DNA of 64,000 bases from Podarcis muralis (Eukaryota). Location of the stretch: NCBI RefSeq assembly GCF_964188315.1, contig NC_135659.1, positions 27,776,001 through 27,840,000 on the forward strand, given 5' to 3'. Made by a program: the position numbers and the translations under genes. Each line of letters begins with the position of its first letter. Position 1 is the first letter of the stretch. This document shows positions 38,745 through 48,642 of this stretch, in pieces. The notes under the pieces were generated by a model. The model saw nothing but the letters and a program-made list of their open reading frames with translations. It had not been told where the DNA came from and did not search any database.

Positions 38745-39359
38745 ACGGAGACAGCAGCCTAGCCAGTCTCCTCTGCTTTTAACTAAGCTTTTAAGTAGTT
38801 TTTAGCCACTTCCTGGTTTTAAACTCTCAGTTTTAACGTCTTACTAGATGTTTTACTACCTCCTCGCTTTGTTTTTAGTTTATTTAGTTTTTAGTTTATT
38901 GTTTTATTGTTTTACTGGAGAACGGCAGGGCGGAGCAGCGGGTCGAGGGAAGCCACTTTCTACCTCCGAATAGCAATGCTCCGAGCTCGCAGAGAAAGCA
39001 CCTCACTCTCAAGTTAAAGAAATCTGGAGCATAAACTGAAGTCTGGGAGCAACAAGGAGAACCGGAGGGGAAAAAAAATTCGTGGAGTTCAGCTGACAGC
39101 CGAAATCAGCACAGACGCAAACTTATATGCAGAGCGGAAAAAGGAAAGTGAGTTGCCCTAACGGCTATTGTTTCTTTCCCCCTACTAACCTTTTAAAGAG
39201 TAACTTTTTAAGAAGATACACTGAGTGTTTTATCATTGTTTTAAGTGATAAGGAAGACTAACAGCTGAAGGAAACCTGCTGTGAACTTTTACTGCAGCTG
39301 AGCATTGTAGTGTGTTTATTACAACAATAAAGAAATAATTTTACAACTTTAAAGAAACA

Positions 39360-41468
39360 ATGGTGACGACCAGGAGTGGCTGCAAAACCTCAGGCTTTTC
39401 TCTGAAGGCTGTAAGACCCACCTTTAAAAGAACCACTCTAAAGAATGCGCAAACAAAAATCACCCGCTTCTACATAAACAGAGCAAAATGTGGAACAAAT
39501 GAGGAAACGACTAAAATGAGTGAGAACAAGAACAAGAAGGGAAGAGAAATTCTACTCTCTCCTACCAATCTTTCTTACAGCCATAGTGAAGGACTGGTTA
39601 TGCAAAGAAAGGAGTGTACTAAAAGCAGTGATAAAAGCCTGAATATAGTGGAAGCAACACAAAATATCCTCGATACAGCCGATGAGGCATCCCCGAAACT
39701 GAAAGCCAAATCCCAAGTTCCCCCCGAACCATCGTTAGATCAAAAAATGGAGGAACTAATGTTAAAACAAATTTCGGAATTGGCCTCGGGAAATATTAAA
39801 CCTTCGAAAGACTCTTATCCTCATTCCCATGAGACAAATGAAGAGGATCTCTCAATCATCAAATGGCTAGTGCTCCTTACTGAGGACATTGAATCCATAA
39901 AGTCCTACCTGGACATTTGCACAAAAATTTTTACCATCATGGCTGACTCCTGTAAAACTCTCTGGAGAAAACACGCCGGAATGCCTGCAGAATCGGAAAG
40001 TAATCATGGCCTCGCCTCCACCCTCTGTAGGAGTGGCCCATTACGGAAGGGTAAGAAAACCTGCAGAGCTAATGCTTGTAACAGGAGATCCATAGTTGTA
40101 AAGAATGTTAAAAAAAGTAAAAACATAAAAAATTTTAAGACAGTGCATTATAAAAAAATGGTTTTTAAAAAACTTTTTAACTTACTTGAGAGCACAACAG
40201 CCTCTGGGACTAGAGGGAACCTGGTGAAGTCTTTAGCCAAGAAGTCAGTTAAACAGGATTTGCCCCCAAACGTCTGTGCTGATAAAGCTCTGGATTGTCT
40301 AAAACCTTCAGCGCATGCTCCACCACCAAGCGCTAAGCAAGACCTATTGCCCCAGGATCCATGGTCCTACGTTTTAACCATAGACAACTCCAAATCCAAT
40401 AAGGAGAGCATTTCAACAAATAAGAACTGGAAGCTGGTGTTGCTTCAAAACAAGCTTGTTTTTTCAAGCTATCCTAAGCCTCCAGGATTTATATCACAAG
40501 AGGATCGCAAAGTCCATTTACTGAACTTCCTTAAGGCATATATGCCAGGTACTTTGAGTAATCCCTCGGAGTTGGACAAAGTGGAATATCTATATTTTGA
40601 TGGCTTGTTTGCCAGGGCGGTGGCTACATTCCATGATCGGAGATTGGCAAAACTGATATATAAACACAGAGAACACCTAAAGACAAGTGGTGTAAAAATA
40701 TCAAGATACTTTAAAAATGTGGCCTCTCCTATCCCACTATTCCCCAGTCCTGCAACCTCGACTGCAGCACCTCGTCAAAAGGCTGAACACCACACTTTAA
40801 TTGATATAAAAGCCACTGAGCACTCGCCTAATCACCACCCAGAGTTACTTACTAATGATCTTCAAAGACCAGACTTTCCTGGGACTTTATATGAGGCGAG
40901 CCAAGGTAACGGGTTCGAAAGTTTTGAAAATAACTTAATTAACTCCTACTGCGCTCTCCCCCAAGAAACTCAGAACAAAATACTCTATAGACTGAATAAC
41001 CTTCGTTCTTGTCTGACAAATCTGACGAAGGACCAACAGGGACTACACAACCAAAACATATCTGATTATGTCCCAGATCAGGTCTCATGCTTCTATCGTC
41101 ACGAGCTGGATTTATGGGTCGGGAAACCCTCTGTCACCCCAGGCCAATTGGTTGTTGCGGAGATGAATCCATCCTCTCAGATCTTGGAGCCGAAACGCCC
41201 CTCCTATAACCCAGCTCGCATACAACCCATCTCAGAGGCAAACCTGGTCACTACATTAGCATGGGATAAAATGAGAGAATTAAATGAGACTGAATTGGGC
41301 TCCCCAAATAAAGTCCCCAGCATGGGTGCGCCAGGTTGCAACCCTAGCATTCCACCCTCCTCAAATGTGAGCATACTGAATAAATCTTTAAACATCATTG
41401 AATTAGCATCTGAACTATCTGAACCCGCAGAAAGGGCTAATAGTAAGAACCAGAGGAACTTGGTGTGA
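39360..41468 (+). CDS. LINE ORF1 protein (702 aa): basic N-terminus, probable coiled coil, possible RRM-like segment
   Basis: Uninterrupted ORF upstream of ORF2 inside the TSD-bounded element; starts MVTTRS. No esterase, PHD or CCHC motif was recognised. Confidence 0.85.
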   Translation: MVTTRSGCKTSGFSLKAVRPTFKRTTLKNAQTKITRFYINRAKCGTNEETTKMSENKNKKGREILLSPTNLSYSHSEGLVMQRKECTKSSDKSLNIVEATQNILDTADEASPKLKAKSQVPPEPSLDQKMEELMLKQISELASGNIKPSKDSYPHSHETNEEDLSIIKWLVLLTEDIESIKSYLDICTKIFTIMADSCKTLWRKHAGMPAESESNHGLASTLCRSGPLRKGKKTCRANACNRRSIVVKNVKKSKNIKNFKTVHYKKMVFKKLFNLLESTTASGTRGNLVKSLAKKSVKQDLPPNVCADKALDCLKPSAHAPPPSAKQDLLPQDPWSYVLTIDNSKSNKESISTNKNWKLVLLQNKLVFSSYPKPPGFISQEDRKVHLLNFLKAYMPGTLSNPSELDKVEYLYFDGLFARAVATFHDRRLAKLIYKHREHLKTSGVKISRYFKNVASPIPLFPSPATSTAAPRQKAEHHTLIDIKATEHSPNHHPELLTNDLQRPDFPGTLYEASQGNGFESFENNLINSYCALPQETQNKILYRLNNLRSCLTNLTKDQQGLHNQNISDYVPDQVSCFYRHELDLWVGKPSVTPGQLVVAEMNPSSQILEPKRPSYNPARIQPISEANLVTTLAWDKMRELNETELGSPNKVPSMGAPGCNPSIPPSSNVSILNKSLNIIELASELSEPAERANSKNQRNLV

Positions 41469-41537
41469 CATCCGGAATGCACCACGCATACCTCACTAGC
41501 ACCCTTAAATCAAAGATCTTTCCAAACTCTTTCTATT

Positions 41538-44500
41538 ATGTCCTGGAATGTAGCTGGACTCTCATGTAAATTAGCTGATTCTGATTTTATAAATTTTCTT
41601 GGGTCTTATGACATAATACTTCTGCAGGAAACCTGGGCTCTTAAACCTTTAAATATTCCTAATTTTATTACTTATAATTTACCTGCTACTAAAATGTCAA
41701 CAAAAGGTCGCCCTAAAGCTGGTTTGATCTGTGGTATCAAACAGTCTTCTAACCTTAAAATTAATTATATCAGAAATATTGGACAGTATGCTCAACTGTT
41801 ATCATTTTCCATTGTTTACCGGGAAATTATTCTTTTAAATATATATTTTCCTCCCCTAGAGTTGGAAAGTAGTCCAGGTTATGGTTGGAATATAGTCTCT
41901 GAAGAGTTGTATCTAATACGTAGTAAATCCCCAAATATCCCCCTGATTGTAACGGGAGACACCAATGCTCGAATTGGATCAGATAATACAGCTCTCTATA
42001 AACACTATGTCTCAAATCTAGCTGAAGATGCCCCACTTCCATTGAGAATAGGGAGGAATTCAAAGGACATCATTATTAATAAAGCAGGAGGAAAACTCTT
42101 ACAATTGGTTTTAGAATTTAACCTCTCATTTTTGAATGGCTCAATGTGGCCGGATATTCCAGGAAATTTTACCTTCAGCTCCAAAAGGGGTAGGAGCGTT
42201 ATCGATTATTCTCTAGTTTCCGTTGAAATGTTAAATGAAGTTGCCTCTTTTACAGTTGTACCTCGCTCAGAAAGTGACCACTTCCCAATAGTTTTAGAGA
42301 TGTACAGGAATCCTAGAAATAATGGTATTAGTCCTCTTATTAGTATTGATAAGACTGTCTATGCCAAAAGAATTTATATAAGTGATAAAAATAGGGAGGA
42401 TCTATTAGCAGTATTTGAAAATAACCCAGTTATTCTCGAACCTGCGGCTAACCAAAATTTGATGCCCTTGGAGGATAATGATTGTTATTATAAGAGTATC
42501 CAGGAATTATTTTCTTCTTTTTTAGACCCTCAGTTCAGCAACAAACCTTCAAATAAGTATAACTGGTTTGATAAAGGTTGTATTAACTATAAGAAAGAAC
42601 TTAGAACTTGTCTAAAAGAAGCCTATATTACCAACTCTCAAGGTCTCTGGAAGACTTATTTTGAAATGAAAAAGGCTTTTAAGAACATGCTCCTGGAAAA
42701 AAAATCTGAGTTTGCACTAGCCAAATGGTCTAAAATTGTTACTGCATTAGAAATTAAAGATACCAAAACCTTTTGGTCACTTCTCTCAATAAAAGATATC
42801 ACTGATTTCCCTAATATAAGCGATGAGGCTTGGATTTCACATTTTACTGCTGTTTTTTATGATCACCAAGTTTGTAAAAAGGAAAATTTTAAATCTTCTC
42901 TGGCAAAAACCACACAATTTCAAATTACTGTTGAGGAGATGAAAAGGATAATCTTTTCGTTTAAGCAAGGGAAATCACCTGGTATGGATGGCATTCCAAT
43001 AGACCTGTTGAGATTAGATGTAGAATGGTGGGCCAATAAACTTGTACCGCTTTTTAATTCTATCTATCACTCAGCCCTTGTACCTAAGTCATGGAACAAC
43101 TCAATAGTGGTACCGATCTTTAAAAAAGGTGATAGGAATTGCCAAGAGAACTACAGGCCTATAAGTTTGTTACCATGCATAAGTAAGATATATGCCAAAT
43201 CTCTGCTTATTAAATTGGAAGAATGGATGCTGACAAAAGGTCTACCTGGTAAAGAGCAAGCTGGTTTTAAGGCAGGCTCGTCAACTCTTGACCAGTGTCT
43301 AGTGTTAAGTCATCTTGTGGATAAATATGTCATGAGAAATAAACGAAAACTCTTTGTGGCATTTGTGGATTTAAAAAGTGCCTTTGATTCGGTCGACCGC
43401 AATAAACTATGGACTAAACTAGAACACCTTGGTATCGACCCATATCTACTTACACTGATTCAAAGTCTACATTCTAATAACCAAATATATGTTAAAGTAT
43501 CAAAAGACGGTAGACTTGCAGGTCCTATTCTGAATAATCGAGGAGTTAGGCAAGGCTGTATCTTGGCCCCTACCCTATTTAATCTATTTTTATCTGACCT
43601 ACCATTATTTCTTCAAAACGCAACCACTCATACTCCTTATTTAAACAAGAGCCCACTCTTTTTATTACTTTATGCAGATGATGCTGTAATTATTTCACTC
43701 TCTGTTTTGGGTTTAAAAAAATTATTTAAGAGTTTCTCAAACTACTGCTCTCTCAATAATCTCAAAATTAATTATGATAAGACAAAGATTATGCAATTCA
43801 GAAAGAGAGGGAACCCAAAAGGCTGTATAATTAATGGACATCTAATACAGGAAGTTAAGCACTTCAATTATCTGGGAATCACATTCAAAAATAATATGAA
43901 TTGGAATACACATATATGTGCTGCAATAGTTAAGGCCAAAGTGACAGCCCACCATATTAAATCCTATTTTTTTTCTCAAGTAGGAAACCGATTTATTCCA
44001 GCTGTATTGCAAGTGATTGACATGAAACTCTGTGCCCAACTTCTATACGGCACACCAGTGTGGATTTCAGGTGACCTCAAGAGGTTGGATAAATTTCACG
44101 CATCCCTTCTGAGGTCATTATTAGGACTTGCAAACTCTGTAAAATATGAAACAATATGTTGTGAGCTGGGAATACTGCCTTTATCAGTAAGAGCATGGCT
44201 GAGGACCTTGAAATATTGGATCTTCCTACATTATAGAGCCCTATCCCCTAATTCTATACTTTACGATCTTTTAAGTGATAGTGCAATCTACAATCTATCA
44301 TTGATTTGTAGGAGAAAACTGGATTCGATAGGGCTCACTCTAACTGATTTTGAAATCTCTGATCCCAAAGATATATGGGAAATTATCAGGAAGACCCTCA
44401 CAGAAAAAAGTGTTCTCGCCATGCTTGAGGTTGCAAAGCACAGCACCTGCTCTCCTATCCACCTAAATCTCCCTTTGTGTAGAGATTTCCAAAAGGGATA

Positions 44501-44852
44501 CATGACAAATCTGAAGAAACATGAATTGTGTAGGCTGTTTATGTTGGCCAGATTTAACATGTTTCCCTCGGCGGTAGTGAGAGGAAGATACTTAGCTATC
44601 CCAGAATCAGAGCGTCTCTGCAAATGCAGAAAACAGGAACCCGATACTCTAGAGCATATATTCTTTTCCTGTGATTTTGGCAGCTATGCCAGAGGACAAT
44701 TATTTGAGGCCCTAAAATTTAATAGACAGATTTTTACACAACCAACTGTTCAGGACCTGCTGGCGGACAGCGATGATCAAATTACCTTAATAACGGCTGA
44801 ATTTTTAAGTGCTGTCCATGAAGAAAGAGTGGGCCATGGTAAAGAGACTTAG
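41538..44852 (+). CDS. LINE ORF2 protein (1104 aa): AP endonuclease, reverse transcriptase and C-terminal Cys/His motif
   Basis: APE motifs SWNVAGL, LLQETW, GDTNARIG, SVIDY and SDHFPI. RT motifs KSPGMDG, YRPISLL, FVDLKSAFDSV, GVRQGCILAPTLF and YADD (43671-43682). C-terminal GRY...RLCKC...HIFFSC (44619-44672). No internal stops. Confidence 0.97.
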   Translation: MSWNVAGLSCKLADSDFINFLGSYDIILLQETWALKPLNIPNFITYNLPATKMSTKGRPKAGLICGIKQSSNLKINYIRNIGQYAQLLSFSIVYREIILLNIYFPPLELESSPGYGWNIVSEELYLIRSKSPNIPLIVTGDTNARIGSDNTALYKHYVSNLAEDAPLPLRIGRNSKDIIINKAGGKLLQLVLEFNLSFLNGSMWPDIPGNFTFSSKRGRSVIDYSLVSVEMLNEVASFTVVPRSESDHFPIVLEMYRNPRNNGISPLISIDKTVYAKRIYISDKNREDLLAVFENNPVILEPAANQNLMPLEDNDCYYKSIQELFSSFLDPQFSNKPSNKYNWFDKGCINYKKELRTCLKEAYITNSQGLWKTYFEMKKAFKNMLLEKKSEFALAKWSKIVTALEIKDTKTFWSLLSIKDITDFPNISDEAWISHFTAVFYDHQVCKKENFKSSLAKTTQFQITVEEMKRIIFSFKQGKSPGMDGIPIDLLRLDVEWWANKLVPLFNSIYHSALVPKSWNNSIVVPIFKKGDRNCQENYRPISLLPCISKIYAKSLLIKLEEWMLTKGLPGKEQAGFKAGSSTLDQCLVLSHLVDKYVMRNKRKLFVAFVDLKSAFDSVDRNKLWTKLEHLGIDPYLLTLIQSLHSNNQIYVKVSKDGRLAGPILNNRGVRQGCILAPTLFNLFLSDLPLFLQNATTHTPYLNKSPLFLLLYADDAVIISLSVLGLKKLFKSFSNYCSLNNLKINYDKTKIMQFRKRGNPKGCIINGHLIQEVKHFNYLGITFKNNMNWNTHICAAIVKAKVTAHHIKSYFFSQVGNRFIPAVLQVIDMKLCAQLLYGTPVWISGDLKRLDKFHASLLRSLLGLANSVKYETICCELGILPLSVRAWLRTLKYWIFLHYRALSPNSILYDLLSDSAIYNLSLICRRKLDSIGLTLTDFEISDPKDIWEIIRKTLTEKSVLAMLEVAKHSTCSPIHLNLPLCRDFQKGYMTNLKKHELCRLFMLARFNMFPSAVVRGRYLAIPESERLCKCRKQEPDTLEHIFFSCDFGSYARGQLFEALKFNRQIFTQPTVQDLLADSDDQITLITAEFLSAVHEERVGHGKET

Positions 44853-45721
44853 TGGTTTTTAATGGTAGGTGATGTTGCTGTGTTGTATTATATTATGTAT
44901 GTACATCGATTTATTTCTTGGAGTTAAGAATAGGACTGGGTTAAATTGTGTTCACTGAGCCCGTATTTTATACAGTCTGTATATGATGTTTGTTTGTTAA
45001 TGTGAGATGCGATATGCCTAATAAAGGATTTTGAATTTGAATTTGAATACTATGAAAGAATTGTTCATTTTTAAAGCGCAACCAGTAAAAAAAAAACCCC
45101 AACATGTTCTTGTCAATATCAAGAAGTGAGACAAGGCTTAGCAAAGAACCATGAAGGTCAACTTGCTTTTGAGTTTTTTCAGAAATTTGTTTTTACTAAC
45201 TATAGTTTACTTGGGGGTCTTGAGCTCAGACATAATGAGGAATTCTGGTCAATTTAAAAACAGAAGGGAAAGCTTCTGATCTCTTGGGTGGAGGAACCCG
45301 AATCAGATTCATGCTCACCATAGAGTTATGCATGAAAAGGCCAAGCAACATGGGGAAAGTCACCCAGTAAGGTTGAATGGGGATTTGCACCTGGATCTCC
45401 CAACCCTAGTCTGAAGCTGCAGCTACTGCAGCACAATGGGCGTCACCTTTCTTGACCTTGTGCTATGTCTGGCTCTGTATAAACACTGCACACAAGACAG
45501 CAAGAGTAGTTTACATTTTAAGGGAACTGGCATAATAATGCAAATGCTTTATGGGGCACACTTGTTGCACCAAGCTTGCCGCAAACTGGAAAATGGGGTG
45601 AGAAAAGTGAGATCCAGGGTCATCAAATAGTTTTATGCATCCAGATGGATATATCCTGCAGTTGCTTCCACACACTCCTCGATTCTTTTGTGAATTGCCA
45701 ATGTTCAGTCACAGCAGATAC

Positions 45722-46243
45722 ATAAAAGCGATGACAAACCTAGACAGCATCTTAAAAAGCAGAGACATCACTTTGCCAATAAAGGTCCGTATAGTTAAAG
45801 CCATAGTTTTCCCAGTAGTGATGCATGGAAGCGAGAGCTGGACCATAAAGAAGGCCGATCGCCGAAGAATTGATGCTTTTGAATTATGGTGCTGGAGGAG
45901 ACTCTTGAGAGTCCCATGGACTGCAAGAAGATCAAACCTATCCATTCTGAAGGAAATCAGCCCTGAGTGCTCACTGGAAGGACAGATCGTGAAGCTGAGG
46001 CTCCAGTACTTTGGCCACCTCATGAGAAGAGAAGACTCCCTGGAAAAGCCCCTGATGTTGGGAAAGATAGAGGGCACAAGGAGAAGGGGACGACAGAGGA
46101 TGAGATGGTTGGACAGTGTTCTCAAAACTACAAGCATGAGTTTGACCAAACTGCGGGAGGCAGTGGAAGACAGGAGTGCCTGGCGTGCTCTGGTCCATGG
46201 GATCACGAAGAGTCGGACACGACTAAACGACTAAACAACAACA
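45722..46243 (+). mobile_element. BovB (RTE clade) LINE, 5'-truncated
   Basis: Encodes AMTNLDSILKSRDITLP...WCWRRLLRVPWTARRSN...GHLMRREDSLEK...KSRTRLND, the BovB ORF C-terminus. Tail GACTAAACGACTAAACAACAAC. Confidence 0.93.
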
Positions 46244-48030
46244 GAATACACAATGGCCACTTGGCAGAGGATCTTTCAGCCAACAAGTTTGTGGCCTGCC
46301 AGCTTCGCCGTGCATAGTGAGTAAGCAACACCCCACTAAGGTGTCTAAAGTATTTAGGGAATATTGCACTACCATTTTTCATTTTTATTATTTTTTTTTT
46401 AAAAAAAGCAGGGATCTGTTTGCTGATATGGTTTTTCAATGGAACACAGAAAAATCTGTTGCGTTGTCAATTTTCGAAAGGTGTTTCTTCTGTGCTTATT
46501 GCCTCCAGCGAAATGTCACCTCCTTCTATCAGCCCACCATTTTTACAGTCGACACTGTGGTCTTTACAAACAGGATGTCTGACAAGCCTCTCCCATCAAT
46601 GCTAGTTGCTACTGAATCAGCATCCAAATACTCAGACAAGCTGTCTGTATTGACATCTGCTCCTGATTCAGCATACGAATTATCCTCTAGGGTTGTGCCA
46701 CCTTCAGCTGCTTCAGCACAGATTCCTCTTCATTATTCACCTACGCTGGCATTTCCTCCATTCTCAACGATGAACCTGCACCCCCCATCAACAACCGCTC
46801 CAGAACCAATATTCAAGCCAGCCCCTCAGGAACCCCATTAACAACACATGTCTTCAAGGGACAGAGAACCATCAGCGACAAAGAATGCTGATTCCACCCC
46901 TCACCCCCCTTTGCATAGGTATGAAGGTGCAGGGAAATTATCCTTCAGACGGGCAGAATAGTGATTGAAGGCAACGAGGGGAAAAGATATGAAGTTTAAT
47001 TAGGCCCCTGACTCCAAACTGCAAAGGTGGTGAAAGGTGTGCGGATGTGTATGTTTGAGCAGAGGTGGGGATTTCTGTAAGAAGACCTAAAAGAGCATAA
47101 GTAAAGATCATAGCAAAACAGAAGATCTCAGAGGAAAAGCGAGAGGGCAAAGAACTCCCATTGGTCATTAATGGATGGCTTGATATTTGCAGTTAGCTTA
47201 GCAAAATCAATCTTAAGGAGACTGGGAGGAACACAAAGAGTCTTCCTAAAGTCATACCGGTGGCATGCGCTCTCTCAACACTGCAAAACCTAGTCTTTCG
47301 TGTATTGACTATGAATGGCATGTTATGTGCTATTGGGTGCGGGGAGGTTGCTGCTGTTTAATAATTTGTGTTTTAAAATTGGTTCATGGTTGTTTTTTCA
47401 TATTTGCTTTTATATGGTGCTTTTGGCATATGCTTAAAACTCAAGCACTCCTGGGCCATTAATGGCGAATATTGGACCAGCACAGATCACCATCTACTGT
47501 GGATATTGTTAACAGATAATATTGTTGATCATACTTAGCGTATACTCACTGAAATCCATCAGACTTAAGTGACCCACTTGTCCCCTTGATTTCTTTGGAT
47601 CAACTCTAAGCGTGACTAATTCTGCAATGCTAACCCTCACCCCATGCCACAGGGCTTGGCAAGGAAAACACTGCACCCAGAGTGGAAGGGCGGGGTGATT
47701 TGGCCTGATCCCTGTGCCAGGGATTGGGTCCATATCAGGCCTGATGTTGTCTCCTAACAGCAGTAATATCCTGGGCCAGCATATACACACCCCTTCCTGC
47801 CCTCAGAACACACATTTTGGGGGTTTTCTGCTGGAGGGGGTGTCATCAACAGGCCTCCCACACACACGCACAGTGGCTGGTGGCTTGCCTCTGCTCAGCC
47901 CAACCCTCCCAAAATTTGGTGTAAGGGTGTGGTTTAATTGTTCTGTCTGTCTGGATACAATTCACTGTTTGTTGTGGCATGTCTGGGTGATGCCTTTCAC
48001 TGGTAGAATGATAATTACCCTGACAAATAA

Positions 48031-48078
<48 letters not shown>

Positions 48079-48504
48079 GCCTGTCTTTTTCCTTCACCGT
48101 TAGTTCAAAAGCCCACCTGGATCTTTTGTCCTATCAACAGAAACAAAAGATACACCGTAAAGTTGGGGGCAGACCCTTCCTGCAATATCTATCGTACCGT
48201 GTTCCTGGCATAAAAATGAAATTGGATCATAATTCTCAGTAGCACACTGCATACAGCAAAGCAAAATTTAGCTTTAATTTATTTATGTTACAGTAATTAC
48301 AGCATGGATCTTCCTTGCAAAATTAAATTTAAGATTCACTCAGCACTGTATTAAACATGAACTAAGAATAAACTAAGAAGCTAACATAATATTAAACATA
48401 CAATTTATTTTTAGCGAACTGAGGGTAATTTTGGATACTGTGCTGTTATTAAAGGGAAAAAAACAAGTGACATATATTAGTACATGTTGTGTTTTACATA
48501 TATA

Positions 48505-48642
48505 CAGGGCTTTTTTTTCCAGCTGGACCTCGCTGGAACTCAGTTCCGGCACCTCTCAGGTGGGCACCATTGCCATTCCAAGAGAACGAGGGAGGTGTTA
48601 ATGGTGAGGTCCAGCATCTCTTTTTCCAAAAAAATAGCACTG
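48505..48642. mobile_element. hAT MITE
   Basis: CAGGGCTTTTTTT ... AAAAAAATAGCACTG; TSD CATATATA/CATTTATA (7/8). A reverse-oriented relative lies at ~52791-52915. Confidence 0.8.

Larger units (their letters stand above)
38708..45046 (+). mobile_element. Full-length non-LTR retrotransposon, probably RTE-X clade, antisense within a DPYD intron
   Basis: Flanked by identical 16-bp ATACTATGAAAGAATT (38692-38707 and 45047-45062). It has a 652-bp 5' UTR, ORF1, ORF2, and a ~195-bp 3' UTR with AATAAA (45020-45025) and a (TTGAAT)3 tail. The clade call rests on ORF2 motifs and is recalled, not searched. Confidence 0.92.

Noticed and set aside
46317-46841. 174-aa Ser/Pro/Thr-rich ORF as a nested gene
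   Set aside because: Non-ATG start, low complexity, no clear splice or promoter support and no recognisable homology.
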